Both the position numbers and the translations under genes were made by a program. From contig OZ037845.1 of NCBI GenBank assembly GCA_964035575.1, forward strand, positions 62,001 to 126,000: a stretch of 64,000 bases of DNA. Direction: 5' to 3'. This DNA comes from Rhynchopus sp. YZ270_cl-10 (taxonomy: Eukaryota). Below are positions 39,801-52,000 of this stretch, piece after piece (positions within the stretch are counted from its first letter, which is position 1; the number at the start of each line of letters is the position of its first letter). The notes under the pieces were generated by a model. That model made no database searches. It saw only the letters and a list, made by a program, of their open reading frames with translations, and had not been told where the DNA came from.

Positions 39801-42800
39801 GGCACTGAAATATTCCGCCCTGCCAATTTGCGACAGAGCGCAGTGCAGACATGCCAAGCCACCACACGTGTGACAGCAGAAGTGTGCGTCCGACGCATCG
39901 AAGAGCTTGCTGCATTGTTCGCACTGCAGGAAAGTGTTCGACGCCTCCGCCTCCCTCGCTCCCACAAAAGCCATGGGGCGCTCTGACTGGCACTCCCCCT
40001 TACCACCTGTGGCCTCAAAAGACAGGATGTGCTGCTGCAGAGCCGGGTCCATGGTGAGGGGCTCGTAGTGTCCCGGGATACTGCCGGATCCATCTGCCGC
40101 ATCCTGGTCACCCGAGTGGAGGAGAAGGACCACTGCCTTAGGCCGTTTTCTTGGCACCATCAGAGAAGGGCGGGCGAACTCGTTGAGGATGACCACAGAT
40201 ACCTCAAGAGCCTCCCCTGCCCCCGCCACTGCAATGGCATCCGCCCACGTACGCTCGTCTCCTCTGTCCCCACTCGTCATCAGCCGCTGCCAGACCCCAA
40301 AATTAGGGACAGCCGCACTCGACAGATCAGCGCGGCCCTGGACCTTCTTCACTGCCGCCTGGCGCAGACCCTCCACCGACAAATCCGTGCGCCCAGTGGC
40401 GAAGAGCAAAGCCTCAAAAGCACAGTCCCCCGCCACAAACGACCAAGTCACCTTCGAGGCTCCCAGCTTGGCCGCCTGTTCCGTCGCCCGAGGCCTCTGC
40501 GCTGCCGGGCACTCACGCAAAAACTCCCACTCACGCACCACATCGAGACCCGGCCCTTCCGGAATCACGGTAGCCGAATCGAACCTCCCGGTCCGCTTCC
40601 TCGGTGGCTCCACGTGGTCCGGCTTCACGTCCCTCTTGCGCTTCCCCTGCTGCTCCTCCGACCGGTCTGGAGCAGGACGACTCATATCGTCGTCAGGGTT
40701 CGCATCATCACAGAGAGGTTCCACGGCCCCTGCACTGCGGCGTCCAAACCGGTCCATGTCCTCTGCAGACGGTGCCACATCTACCTCCACACACGGCTCC
40801 CGCTTCAGGGTGGCAATCCCTACACACATAGCACCCCGCTCCAGAAAGGAAGATGCGACCTTTTTCTGGTACGCCACCGCAATGCTCTCCCGGATGCGCA
40901 ACTCTGCCGACCCTGTCAGGTGCGACGTCTGTCCCGTCGTCAGGCCTCCAAGCTGCGCAATCAAGAGGTTCGCCTCGTCGCCTGCACCCCCGAAGGCTTC
41001 AAACACAATAGGGGAGAACTTGGTGTTGATCTTGTTCAAATCCCGCTCGTGCTTCTCCCGTTTGACCTGGCCCTGGTTCTTCGCCGACCAGCCCACAAAC
41101 TTCGAGGCCCCTGTTCTGTAGGAAGGCAAGGTGGGGCACACGTGGGTGATGTCCAAACAACGAGGTCCATTTTCCGCCACTCCTACTGGGAGGTAGACGT
41201 CGCCTGGCCGCTTCTTCGACTCCAAATCCACTCTCACGGTCTCCTCCAAAGCAGGGTCCAAGCCCGCCCCTTGAGCCGCTCTGTACACCGAATCCCGCAA
41301 GGCGTTGTGGCGGGCGACGCGGTGTTTGGCGTAGGGGCAGCCAAAGGTGTGGTCGCCAAAGGAGTCCATGACAACCCTTTTCTGCCCCCCCTGACATGCC
41401 GAGCAAGTCGTTCCCTCCGCATGGATGGCCACCCCTAGTCGGAAACGGGTCACAACCGCAAAGTCCGCTGAAGACATCTGGTTCCTTGCTGAGGGTGTCG
41501 CCGTGAGGTACGTCCCAGAAAGCGGCAGGAGAAGGGACTTCATCCGTGCTCGGTCTCGCATGCAGAGCTGTTGCATCAACTTGTCTGCCTGGGCGTCAAT
41601 CACCGCAGACGACAGACTCTGCTGCTCCAGGATCTTCTTCGGCTGAGCCCTGTCCACGTGAAACGCCACCGGTACCCTGGAGTTGTACTCCTCAGCCGCG
41701 CTGTTCCATCTCTCCTCATCCCAGGTGAACGCAGGGTCCAAGGCCTGCGACAGTTGCAGGTTCCCTGACTGAGAGGCGAGGGACGCAGCCGTCCGATGGT
41801 CCACTGTGCGACGGATACCCAGCCCCCCAAGCGCCACAGGAAGCGCCGCCTGCGCCCTTGCCAACTCCGGCAGCGCCCCATCCGGGTCATGCAGAAGCGC
41901 AGCCAGGCACCTGTCAATCAGGTCGTCAAAAGCCGTCAGGTACTCCGCGCACTGTGGGATCCCCCGCATGTAGAACACCATGCGGCAGTAGCCTTCGCAG
42001 TATCTCAGTACGTAGAAGGCTGCCTGGGCGTCCCCGAGGTCCACAAGGGCTTCCAGGTTGCGGCGGGAATCGTCCACCTTCCGGGCCATGTACTCCTCGC
42101 AGAAAGCCGCAGACCCAATGGGGATGCCCAAGAAATCGAACCCATCCACATCCAACAGCCGAAACCCGCCTTCACCCATGGCGTCCTGTCCACCCTCGTT
42201 CAACGTGAACCCCACGGCCTCGAGATCCTCCTTGGAGACGCCACCAGTGGAGATGAGCTCACACTTGTTCGCGTTCACCTCCAACCCCAGTTCGGAGCTA
42301 CGAGTGCACAGAACCTGGTACGCCTCGAAAACCGCCTTAGGGGACCCCCTCAGAGAGCCGTCATCGAGGTACCACAAAGTCCCATCCAGGCCTGGGTGCC
42401 CCTTCAGCTCTAGCGCCATCTGGTGTATGGTCAGGGAGAAGAGAAGCGGGCCCAAGGGATCTCCTTGTTGAGCTCCGCGCTGAGACTTTATGGTATCCCC
42501 ACCATAGAACAGGCTAGAGTGCTCCAGGTAACACCATCGCACCCATGGGGCCAGCTCGGGGAGGTTGGCGTCGACCGCTCTTAGCATCGACAGGCGGTCT
42601 ACGCAGTTGAACGCGTTACGGTAGTCAATTTTCAAAATGACTTTACCTTTTCCGCGGTTGCGCCCGGCGTACTGCGAGATAACATCAGTCGCCACTGCCG
42701 CCCCCCTTGCCGTTGCCACCCCCACCGGTTCCCTCGAAGAAGAAGCGTCCTAGCAGGCACCCGCACTCGCGCCGACAGAATCTTTCCCACCAGTCTGCGG

Positions 42801-45800
42801 AGAGTGTCCCCAACCGCAATCGGACGCACGTCCTCCTCCAGGCCCGGCCCCTTTGCAGGCTTCCGGAGAGCCACCAAGTTAGCGCCGGCGAAGACTCAGC
42901 CACCTCCACTGGAGCATTTCCTCGTGCCAAAGACGTCAACACTGCGGCCAGCGCTGCCAAAGTTCCCTTAGCCCGCCTCTGTAGGCAAAGTGTACGAAGG
43001 TGCGCGCCCGTCACGTTCGAGGGACCCGCCGCCGATGACTTCGGCATGCTCCGCAGGGCCTTCATCACCTCCACCACTGTCACCGGTGGGACCTCCTGAG
43101 GCTGTGGCCAATCCGCCTGCTCCAGGGCCTTGGCATCAGCTGCGGCTGGGTGCTTCGTCTGAAGCTTTTCCAGCGTCGCCGGTGTCTGTGGGGCGAGGCC
43201 GTCGCTGGTAGCGCATGACATGGCCTGGCTCGGGAGTCCTGCTCTCGCTTTGGCTATGGTGCGCTTCCGTCTCCCTTCGTCAGTGTCTTCATCCGACCAC
43301 CCAGAGGGCCTTGGCTTCCGCTCCTCTACCGTTTGCTCCCACAGGGCGACATACTGGCCAGCCTTCCAAGCCTCCAAGTCCTTCCCCCAGGTGCTCGTCA
43401 AACGTCGCTCCTGGTCCTTGCCCCCTCGCTCTGTCCGTGTCCGGTGCAACACTGTGAAGAACAGTGCAAGGCGCTTCCAGGCCACCTCGTCCTGGTACTC
43501 CAGGATGTCCATGAGGACCCTCAGGAAGAGCTCGCTGTACAGCTGCAGGTGTTTGTCTGGGCACCCGCCCTTCAGCTGGATCCTGGTGGTCCCCATGACT
43601 TCAAAGGAGGGGAGGTCATCCTGATCTGTCAGCATTCCTCGACTGGAGGGAGACGGAGCGGTGAAGCCTTCTTCGCCAAAGTGCACCGTACAGGTGTTGC
43701 AGACCTCCTTGCTCTGCGGCAATAGCATGTCGCACTGATCGTTCGCACAGCGCGACATGCCCAAGTGGCCCAACAGCTCGTCGGGGATGTACGCTCCATC
43801 CGCCTGGTGGCGACGCATGTGCTGCAGCAAGCCCTTACGAGACAGGCCCCCGACCGCATCACTCGAAGACAAAATTCCCGCTCTGCATCCATCAAAGGGG
43901 CAGAACACCCGATCCGCATTGATGTGTCCCAGCTTGGTAGCCAGGGGGGCGGTGGTGGTGGTGTTGGTGGGGATGATGCCATCCAAATGCGCTGTGTCCA
44001 GCACTGCCTGCCGAGCCTCCTTCCTCATCTTCTCTGCCATCCCCTCCTTGGTCTTCCCCACCTCCGGGACAAGCTCCACTGCCTCAAAGTGAGAGTCACA
44101 GAGAGCGATGACGACCGTGGGAAGTTTCGCTTGGAAGCTCTCCGCGTACGACTTGGCGACTCTTTTGCTACCAGGGGTGATGCGCACGAGGGGGTTCTCT
44201 TCCGACGCCTGCACTACCACGATGTTGATGCGGGATGCTGTCGCGGTGAGCTGAAGCCCCAAGTGGTTGAGGTGGGCCTCGCCGGTCACACCATTGGCAA
44301 ACTCCGTCATGGCCTCCTGCGACCCCAGCACCTGCACCAGGCGGTTCGACACCTCCACTGCTGTGTCATACAGCTGCTTGCGCATTGCCCTCACGTCCGG
44401 CTGCGTGTCGTGGTCCCAGAGGTGTAGTGCCACATAACCACAATCATTTGTGGACACGTTGGGGATGCGTTTAGCTCCAAACTTCGCCAGAGTCGCGTCC
44501 ACAGACACCGCTTGCTCTGTATACGCAGGAGCGTTCACGTTTGCGCACCCACCGGTCAACGCAAACGGGGACAAGCTGATCGGGTGCTCCGGATCCGCAG
44601 GGGCAGGGCGCAGGTCCCAGGGCGTCACCGCTCGCCACAACAGCGACAGCAAGACCAGTAGGGACACCACCAGCATGCCAAATGCCATCCCGATCCTACG
44701 AGTCCACCTGCGTGCTGCCACACGGCGCACCTCCAAGAGAAGAACCCAGCCAAGTGGGCGCGCGACGCCGACCAGTGCCACAAAACCCGCCAAACAACCA
44801 CCTGCGGACCATGCAACCCACACCCACTCGGCTGCACACACCGACAACTGACCCACCCCCATCACACTGGCCCTCACCAAGCTGGCAGCCACTCGGATCC
44901 CTCCGGTCCATCGGCGCACTCGCTCGCTCGCCCCTTCCAGCCACCGCCATCCTCTCCGAACGCGGCACAGTCCCCGCAGCACACCCACCCCCAGCACCTC
45001 CGCGTCCCGAAAAAGCGCGCAACCCAAAACATGTGGCGCTGACCTCCCAAGCTCAGACCCCACAAAAACCAGAACCCAGATGGCCACACACTGCAAAGCA
45101 CCTCTCAACGCATCGGCGACCCTGATCCTGCGGAAAACTGGGTGCGCTGCCGGAGAGGGCGGACGATTGCAGGGCGCCTTGCGCCGACGGAGCCTGCCCG
45201 CCTGTGACTTGGTCCAGTTCAAGGACCGGTGTCCTCGTCGCGTCCTCCTGGTCCTCCTGCCCACCAGCCACAAAATGAGATGACTGAGGGTAGGGGCGCG
45301 TCTGTCCTTCCACAGATCCAGGACCGCGAACGACACAAACACTCCCCACTCAGGTGCCTCGACTACCCAGCAGGGGTCAGGTTGACGCAAGGAGGTGAAG
45401 ACCTCCCAGAGGTTGCACCACCAGTCGAACCAAAACTCTATCTGTACACACCCCTTTTGCCACACCCGCATCATCACACAGCCACTCTGTCCTTCTCGCC
45501 CCTCAAGGCTGACCCCGAACACCAGCATACCTCGCTCACCACCCCCTAAGTTGTTGTTGCTGCGTCTGCTGTTGATGTTGGTGCTGCTGTTGGACCTGCT
45601 GTTGGAACTGCTGCTGCAGAAGTCTATGGAACTGCAGTTGAAACTGCTGTTGTGCCTGCTGTTGGAACTGCTGCTGGAACTGCTTTTGGAGACGCTGTTG
45701 GACCTGCTGTTGGAACCGCTGCTGCAGAAGTCTTTGGAACTGCTGTTAAAACTGCTGTTAAGCCTGCTGTTGGAACTGCTGTTGGACCTGCCGTTAGAGC

Positions 45801-46616
45801 TGCTGCCGCAGAAGTCCTTGGAACTGCTGATGAAACTGCTGTTGTGCCTGCTGTTGTGCCTGTTGCTGGAACTGCTTTTGGAAACGCTGTTGGAACTGCT
45901 GCTGCAGAAGCCATTGGAACTGCTGTTTAAACTGCTGTTGTGCCTGCTGTTGGAACTGCTGCTGGAACTGCTGCTGGAACGGCTGTTGGAAACGCTGCTG
46001 CAGAAGTCTTTGGAACTGCTGTTGAAACTGCTGCTAAGCCTGCTGTTGGACCTGCTGTTGGAGCTGCTGCTGCCGAAGTCTTTGGAACTGCAGTTGAAAC
46101 TGCTGTTGTGCCTGCTGTTGGAACTGCTGCTGGAACTGCTTTTGGAGACGCTGTTGGACCTGCTGTTGGAACTGCTGCTGCAGAAGTCTATGGAACTGCA
46201 GTTGAAACTGCTGTTGTGCCTGCTGTTGGAACTGCTGCTGGAACTGCTTTTGGAGACGCTGTTGGACCTGCTGTTGGAACCGCTGCTGCAGAAGTCTTTG
46301 GAACTGCTGTTAAAACTGCTGTTAAGCCTGCTGTTGGAACTGCTGTTGGACCTGCCGTTAGAGCTGCTGCCGCAGAAGTCCTTGGAACTGCTGATGAAAC
46401 TGCTGTTGTGCCTGCTGTTGTGCCTGTTGCTGGAACTGCTTTTGGAAACGCTGTTGGAACTGCTGCTGCAGAAGCCATTGGAACTGCTGTTTAAACTGCT
46501 GTTGTGCCTGCTGTTGGAACTGCTGCTGGAACTGCTGCTGGAACGGCTGTTGGAAACGCTGCTGCAGAAGTCTTTGGAACTGCTGTTGAAACTGCTGCTA
46601 AGCCTGCTGTTGGAGC
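36808..46616 (-). mobile_element. CRE-clade non-LTR retrotransposon family B (probably 5'-truncated within its Ser/Asn repeats)
   Basis: Poly(T) 36808-36856, ~1-kb 3' UTR, same domain order as family A; 5' boundary approximate. Confidence 0.88.
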
Positions 46617-46653
46617 ACCCTATTTCGGGACCCCCAAAAAGCCCCCTGTGCAC
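37836..46653 (-). CDS. CRE-B polyprotein (Ser/Asn repeats, TM-like segments, OTU1, Zn finger, RT, RLE, OTU2, Zn finger, coiled coil) with two 1-bp frameshifts
   Basis: ORFs 42685-46653, 42632-42877 and 37836-42725 join if one base is restored at ~42895 and at ~42726; IDYRNAFN, QQGDPLGP, WYLDDG, RHNALRD, RPGDV, FEAFGG; NDCGYVAL..SHFE; GDCAFEAL..WAD..GHYEPL. Confidence 0.88.
45550..46616 (-). repeat. Hierarchical Ser/Asn-coding repeat with a 564-bp internal duplication
   Basis: GTTGGAACTGCTG units; 45624-45914 is repeated at 46188-46478. Confidence 0.92.
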
Positions 46654-46784
46654 CCTTTTTCAGGGGTGAAATGCCCCCTGTGCACCATATCCAAAACCAC
46701 TTCCGGGAGGTTTCGGGAGGGTTTCAGGAACCAAAAAAAGCTGCCCCCTGTGCACCTTAGATACCTAGGCGCCCCCTGTGCACC
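46641..46784 (+). repeat. Four dispersed 14-bp repeats GCCCCCTGTGCACC
   Basis: At 46641, 46673, 46743 and 46771. Confidence 0.9.
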
Positions 46785-46793
46785 CTAGATGCC

Positions 46794-47439
46794 TGCAAGG
46801 ATGCTGTGCAAGGATGCTGTGCAAGGATGCTGTGCAAGGATGCTGTGCAAGGATGCTGTGCAAGGATGCTGTGCAAGGATGCTGTGCAAGGATGCTGTGC
46901 AAGGATGCTGTGCAAGGATGCTGTGCAAGGATGCTGTGCAAGGATGCTGTGCAAGGATGCTGTGCAAGGATGCTGTGCAAGGATGCTGTGCAAGGATGCT
47001 GTGCAAGGATGCTGTGCAAGGATGCTGTGCAAGGATGCTGTGCAAGGATGCTGTGCAAGGATGCTGTGCAAGGATGCTGTGCAAGGATGCTGTGCAAGGA
47101 TGCTGTGCAAGGATGCTGTGCAAGGATGCTGTGCAAGGATGCTGTGCAAGGATGCTGTGCAAGGATGCTGTGCAAGGATGCTGTGCAAGGATGCTGTGCA
47201 AGGATGCTGTGCAAGGATGCTGTGCAAGGATGCTGTGCAAGGATGCTGTGCAAGGATGCTGTGCAAGGATGCTGTGCAAGGATGCTGTGCAAGGATGCTG
47301 TGCAAGGATGCTGTGCAAGGATGCTGTGCAAGGATGCTGTGCAAGGATGCTGTGCAAGGATGCTGTGCAAGGATGCTGTGCAAGGATGCTGTGCAAGGAT
47401 GCTGTGCAAGGATGCTGTGCAAGGATGCTGTGCAAGGAT
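46794..47439 (+). repeat. (TGCAAGGATGCTG)~50 13-bp tandem array
   Basis: Read directly; homogeneous units. Confidence 0.98.
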
Positions 47440-47470
47440 CATCCTGTGAGTAGGTTCCTTCATTGCGACG

Positions 47471-47710
47471 CTCCCATCCAGTCAGCGACGCTGTGAGCAG
47501 TGGCCCGTTCTCTTGCTGTTACCTACGCCCCTGTTCTCTTTCTTCGTTCTCCGCAAGATGTTCAGTATCAGCGGCTCGTGGTTACTGTCTCTTCACCGCT
47601 CTTCACCTCCTCTTCACTGCGAACCTGCTGCACTCTTGTAGGGCCATCACACACAGAGACCTCATCGTTCCCTGGTTGTAAAATAATCCTGTTATGGGTG
47701 CGGATGTGGA
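47471..47710 (-). pseudogene. Deleted remnant of the 5' end of a paralog of the 2620-aa gene
   Basis: Collinear blocks match 56314, 56342-56425, 56755-56828 and 56972 (e.g. GACGCTGTGAGCAGTGG, GTTCTCCGCAAG, TCAGCGGCTC). Confidence 0.8.
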
Positions 47711-48329
47711 TCATGTTTGTGGATGAGTGAAAAGGTTACAAAGGGAGGTTTCTGTGACAGTACGAAGGGGGAGAAAACAAAAGACCCTGGGAGTGACAGA
47801 AAAGAGGCACTTCCAAAAAAGGGGACATGAGGGGAATAACCATCACAATACATGCTACAGATATGAGAGCAAAAGCGCAAGGGAGCAGGCTCTATCGTGG
47901 CCGCTCTTGTGTCGCCCGCTCCTGCTGCACGAAAGGAAGCTTTTTATTGTGTGTCTTGCCGTGCGATGCAGTGGGATAAGTGGCAAAGCGATCGACGTAA
48001 CACAAATGAAATGAAATAGATCTATTCGCAAAACTAAATCTAAGGACAAGGTGAAAGGTGAAAGAGCTATTGGAAAGCACACTCCACGAATGTGTCAGAT
48101 GTCAAGAATGGCTATCCAATGGTGGGCAACACGGAACCTGGCATAAGGAACCTTGTGCATCAAAGTGTGTGTCTGGGACACAACTGAAAAGAAACGGGTC
48201 ATAACAAGAACAATGAACAAAAAACGAGGGGGAAACGAAAAAAATATGCACAACTTGCTGAATCGGCCGGAGCTAGGCCGACTCAGCACGTTGCACTGTA
48301 TGACGCAACGTACAACAACAATTCAAGTG

Positions 48330-48860
48330 CAAGGAAAGGAACTCGTAATCAAGGATCCTCTACAGGACATTTTGATCCGCACCTGTTTCCTTCTTTTGGT
48401 GCACGGTACTCCCAAAGTTCATAGGCAACGAACAAGCTGTCAGAGTGGGATGGCTAAGACTAGGATTTTAAAAATCCACTGCAAACCCGCCTCTTGCGCA
48501 CTATGAACAAGAAGACCATTGTGCACGTACGTTGATTGATATTCAGTATGACAGGAATGAGTGACAGGGGGGAAGAAGTTGAAGTTAGAGATTGAAGTAA
48601 ACAGTAATAAAATGCTTTGAACAAACGGGGGAATTCAGAGTCTCGAATAGGAAACTGAGGCCCGTATCGTACAAAAAAATCATCAAATGCACCAAAGTGG
48701 GGAAGGGAACTCGGAACCAAAGATCCTCTACAGGACATTTAGGTCCTTACCTCGAGTTTTCCTTCCTTTTTGTGATGCATTGATAGCTTTTAGAGTGGGC
48801 TGGCGAAGCTTGTAGGAGGATTACCGTTAAAAACCCCCCGAGCCTCTCCGTGCACCATTC
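48330..48860. repeat. Diverged ~370-bp-period intergenic duplication
   Basis: GGAACTCG..GATCCTCTACAGGACATTT at about 48338 and 48706. Confidence 0.6.
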
Positions 48861-49011
48861 AAAAAAAGGGGAACTTGAATAATATTCCGTCTCTCGTGTG
48901 GACACATCCAAGGAAGAAAACAAATGCTAATAACGACTAATAAATGCCTTCAAGGCAAGGGGGCGAAAAAAATAAGAAGAATAAGAATACACAAACCCTG
49001 TGTGACTGGTC

Positions 49012-52000
49012 TCAGGCCGGGCACACACATGAAGGGAACGGGGTCTGCTGACGCGGGCACCACTCAGAAGCGGGGGCACGGGAGGCGGGTTCATTCAGTA
49101 GGATCTGCTTCTTGTACACTGCCATCTCGTGCTGCAGTCCCACTCCTTGCACCCACTCAGGTCTCTCGCCCGCAAGCACTTCTGTCCACCCCGCCGCAGG
49201 GAGTGATGCTGGGAAGTTGCCGTGACGGCCGTGCCCAACCTCAACTATCATGTACATGGTCAGTACGCCCTCTCCTGCGATATAGATCCCCGTCCCTGAC
49301 TCAATGCTTTTGACCAATGACGGGCGGTAGTACGTTGCCGACTGCAGCTCCGTGGGGATGTTGCTGAGGGTGTACGTTCTGTCCCCCCAAGCCTGCATGT
49401 TGTCGCGCATCGTACCTTGGGGTGAGTACGTCAAAGTTGGAGAGTCGGAGGTGAGGTGCACATTTGTCCCTCCAAAAACTGCAATCCCGTGGACGAGGGA
49501 AGCTGTCGTTGATGGAGGCAACACGACAGCCGTGAGCGCAATATGCTTCTTGTACACTGCCATCTCGTGCTGCAGTCCCACTCCTTGCACCCACTCAGGC
49601 CTCTCGCCCGCAAGCACCTCTGTCCACCCCGCCGCAGGGAGTGATGCTGGGAAGTTGCCGTGACGGCCGAACCCGACCTCAACTATCATGTACATGGTCA
49701 GCCATCCTGTTCCCGTGACAGAGATCGCCGTCCCTGGTGCAATGCTCTTGACCAATGACGGGCGGTAGTATGTTGCCGACTGCAGCTCCATGGGGATGTT
49801 GCTGAGTGTGTATGTTCTGTCCCCCCAAGCCTGCATGTTGTCGCGCATCGTACCTTGGGGTGAGTACGTCAAAGTTGGAGAGTCGGAGGTGATGTGCACA
49901 TTTGTTCCCCCAAAAACTGCAATCCCGTGGAGGAGGGAAGCTGTCGTTGATGGAGGCAGCTCAACCACGGAATGTTTGATTACTGTGCCCACAAACACAG
50001 CCGTCGCCTCTGTTGGGCCGTTGAGGGCGAAGCTGAGCTCGGTGTCCGCATCAAGGAAGGTGCGGAACGTGTCCATGTTCTTCCCGTCGTCCCCAAAGTG
50101 TGCACCACACGGCGTGCTCTGCAGACCCAGGCCGCACAGCGTGCTGGAGATCCCCCCGTCCTGCCCCACGGAGCAAGGCAGGCAGCTGTACGCAGCAATC
50201 ACCACCTCGCAGCCGCCTGTGGCACAGCAGCGCGCAGTAACAGTCTCACCACCCACAAGCGGCTCCTGCGGGATGAAGGCCATCATCCCCTGCAGCTTGC
50301 TGTCAATCCCCGTCAGGTCCAGTGCAGGTGTGCTCAGTGTATCACCGTTCACAGGCAGCCTTGCTGTGCTCGACGCCCCAAAGCTCACGTCGTAGTGCCC
50401 CTGTGTGCACACCCCTTGCGCAGTCACGGCCCCGGGAGCACTCAGCACGTCAGTCGCAGGTACTGCACGCACAGTGATGACCTGCACCCGCGTTGTTGTC
50501 AGCCGCGCATCGTACACGGCAGATGCGTCCCCACACCCTATGTAGTACGGCTGCAGCTTCCATGTGCGCACAAAGGTTGACGCCCCACAAGCCTGCTCCA
50601 CCACTGCAGCGTCGCTGTGCACAAGTGTGTACGGCGTCCCACAGAACGCCAGTACAGACGGCCATCCCGTCACAGACGGCTCCACAGACGAGCCAAGGTC
50701 CACTGTTGTGTCGGCAGGGAAGGTCGCGAACACAGGTGCCACTGCGTGCACCTGCGCCACGTAGTCGACAGTCTCTGCCAGCTTGCGGCAGCCTGACTCA
50801 TCCCACGGACCCGTGCCGCACACATCGTCTGTCGCATGGTCGCCGTGGTGGATGGGGACAAAGTCCCTCCTACCCCCCGTCACCACCTTCCCTGCGTGGC
50901 ACACGTCCGTACCTTGCGCCACGCCTGTCGAGTGTGCAAACAGCATGTGCAGATTCCGTGTCTGCGTTGCTACCAGCTCTGCTGGCGGGTGCTGCAGAAC
51001 AACAATCTGCTCTGCTGTGCGCGTGTTCCCACATGCGTCCGCAACCGTCCACGTGCGCGTAAAACGTGCCAGTCCGTCGGCACGACACTGCGACTCGGGT
51101 GCGGCTGCAGCTGTGATCGTCAGTGCGCTGTCCTTTGAAGTCGTCGTCGTCGGGTACGAGTGCATACCGTGTGCCTCCATCCCAGCCCCCAGCGACTCTG
51201 CCGACATCGGGATGTCACTCTTCACCCCCCACGTCTCGAAGAACGGCACGTACAGCAGCTCCTCGGGCAACCGTGTGAACGCTGGCCCCGCAACGTCACG
51301 TACAGTGATCTTCTGCACACGTGTCTCCCCCTGTAGGTGCGTTCCTGAGCACTCTTCAAACACAGGCGGCTCCACCGTCCATGTTCGCACGACAGTCCAC
51401 ACTCCGCACTCTGCTTGCGATGCAGTCACCACGTCCGTGTACGTGATATCCGCGCCGTCAAAGCACGCAGACGTCTCCGGCACCCCTGTGTGAGAAGGCA
51501 GCAGGCTGTCCTCGTTCGTGATCGTCACATCCTCTGGGAAGGACTCAATCACCACCGGCACCACGGTCACCACCTGCACCACCTCCTCCGTCTCTCCTCC
51601 ACACACGCCAGCGTCGTGTCCCTTCCACAGCACCCGCAGGAACGACGACCCGCACACACGGTTAGGGAAGGCAGTCGCACTCAGTGATGTGGCGGACACC
51701 ATCTGCACCACCTTCCCTGCGTGGCAGCGTGCGTCCACGGACGCAAAGGCAGGCATCCCTGCAGGAAGGTGCAGCGACTGTGAGCACAACACTGAGTAGT
51801 CCGACGCAGGTGCAAGTGTGGGCGTTGCATACGTTACCTTCCCTGCCTCCGACAGAATGTCTGCGCCCAGGCCGCACTGCTTCGACAGCAACACTCCCGA
51901 TACGCTTGCCGCAAGTGCCACCTGTGCAGATGCTACTGACGCTGCGAACTCAGCTTCGGTCGCCATGTTGAAGGCCACCGTCCCTGCTGAGGCTGGTTGC

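Noticed and set aside
42632..42900. Programmed double frameshift in the CRE-B RT
   Set aside because: Two single-base losses with no slippery motif; mutation or sequencing error is simpler
45395..46669. 424-aa Leu-rich plus-strand ORF resembling LRR or leucine zipper
   Set aside because: Antisense shadow of the Ser/Asn repeat of CRE-B
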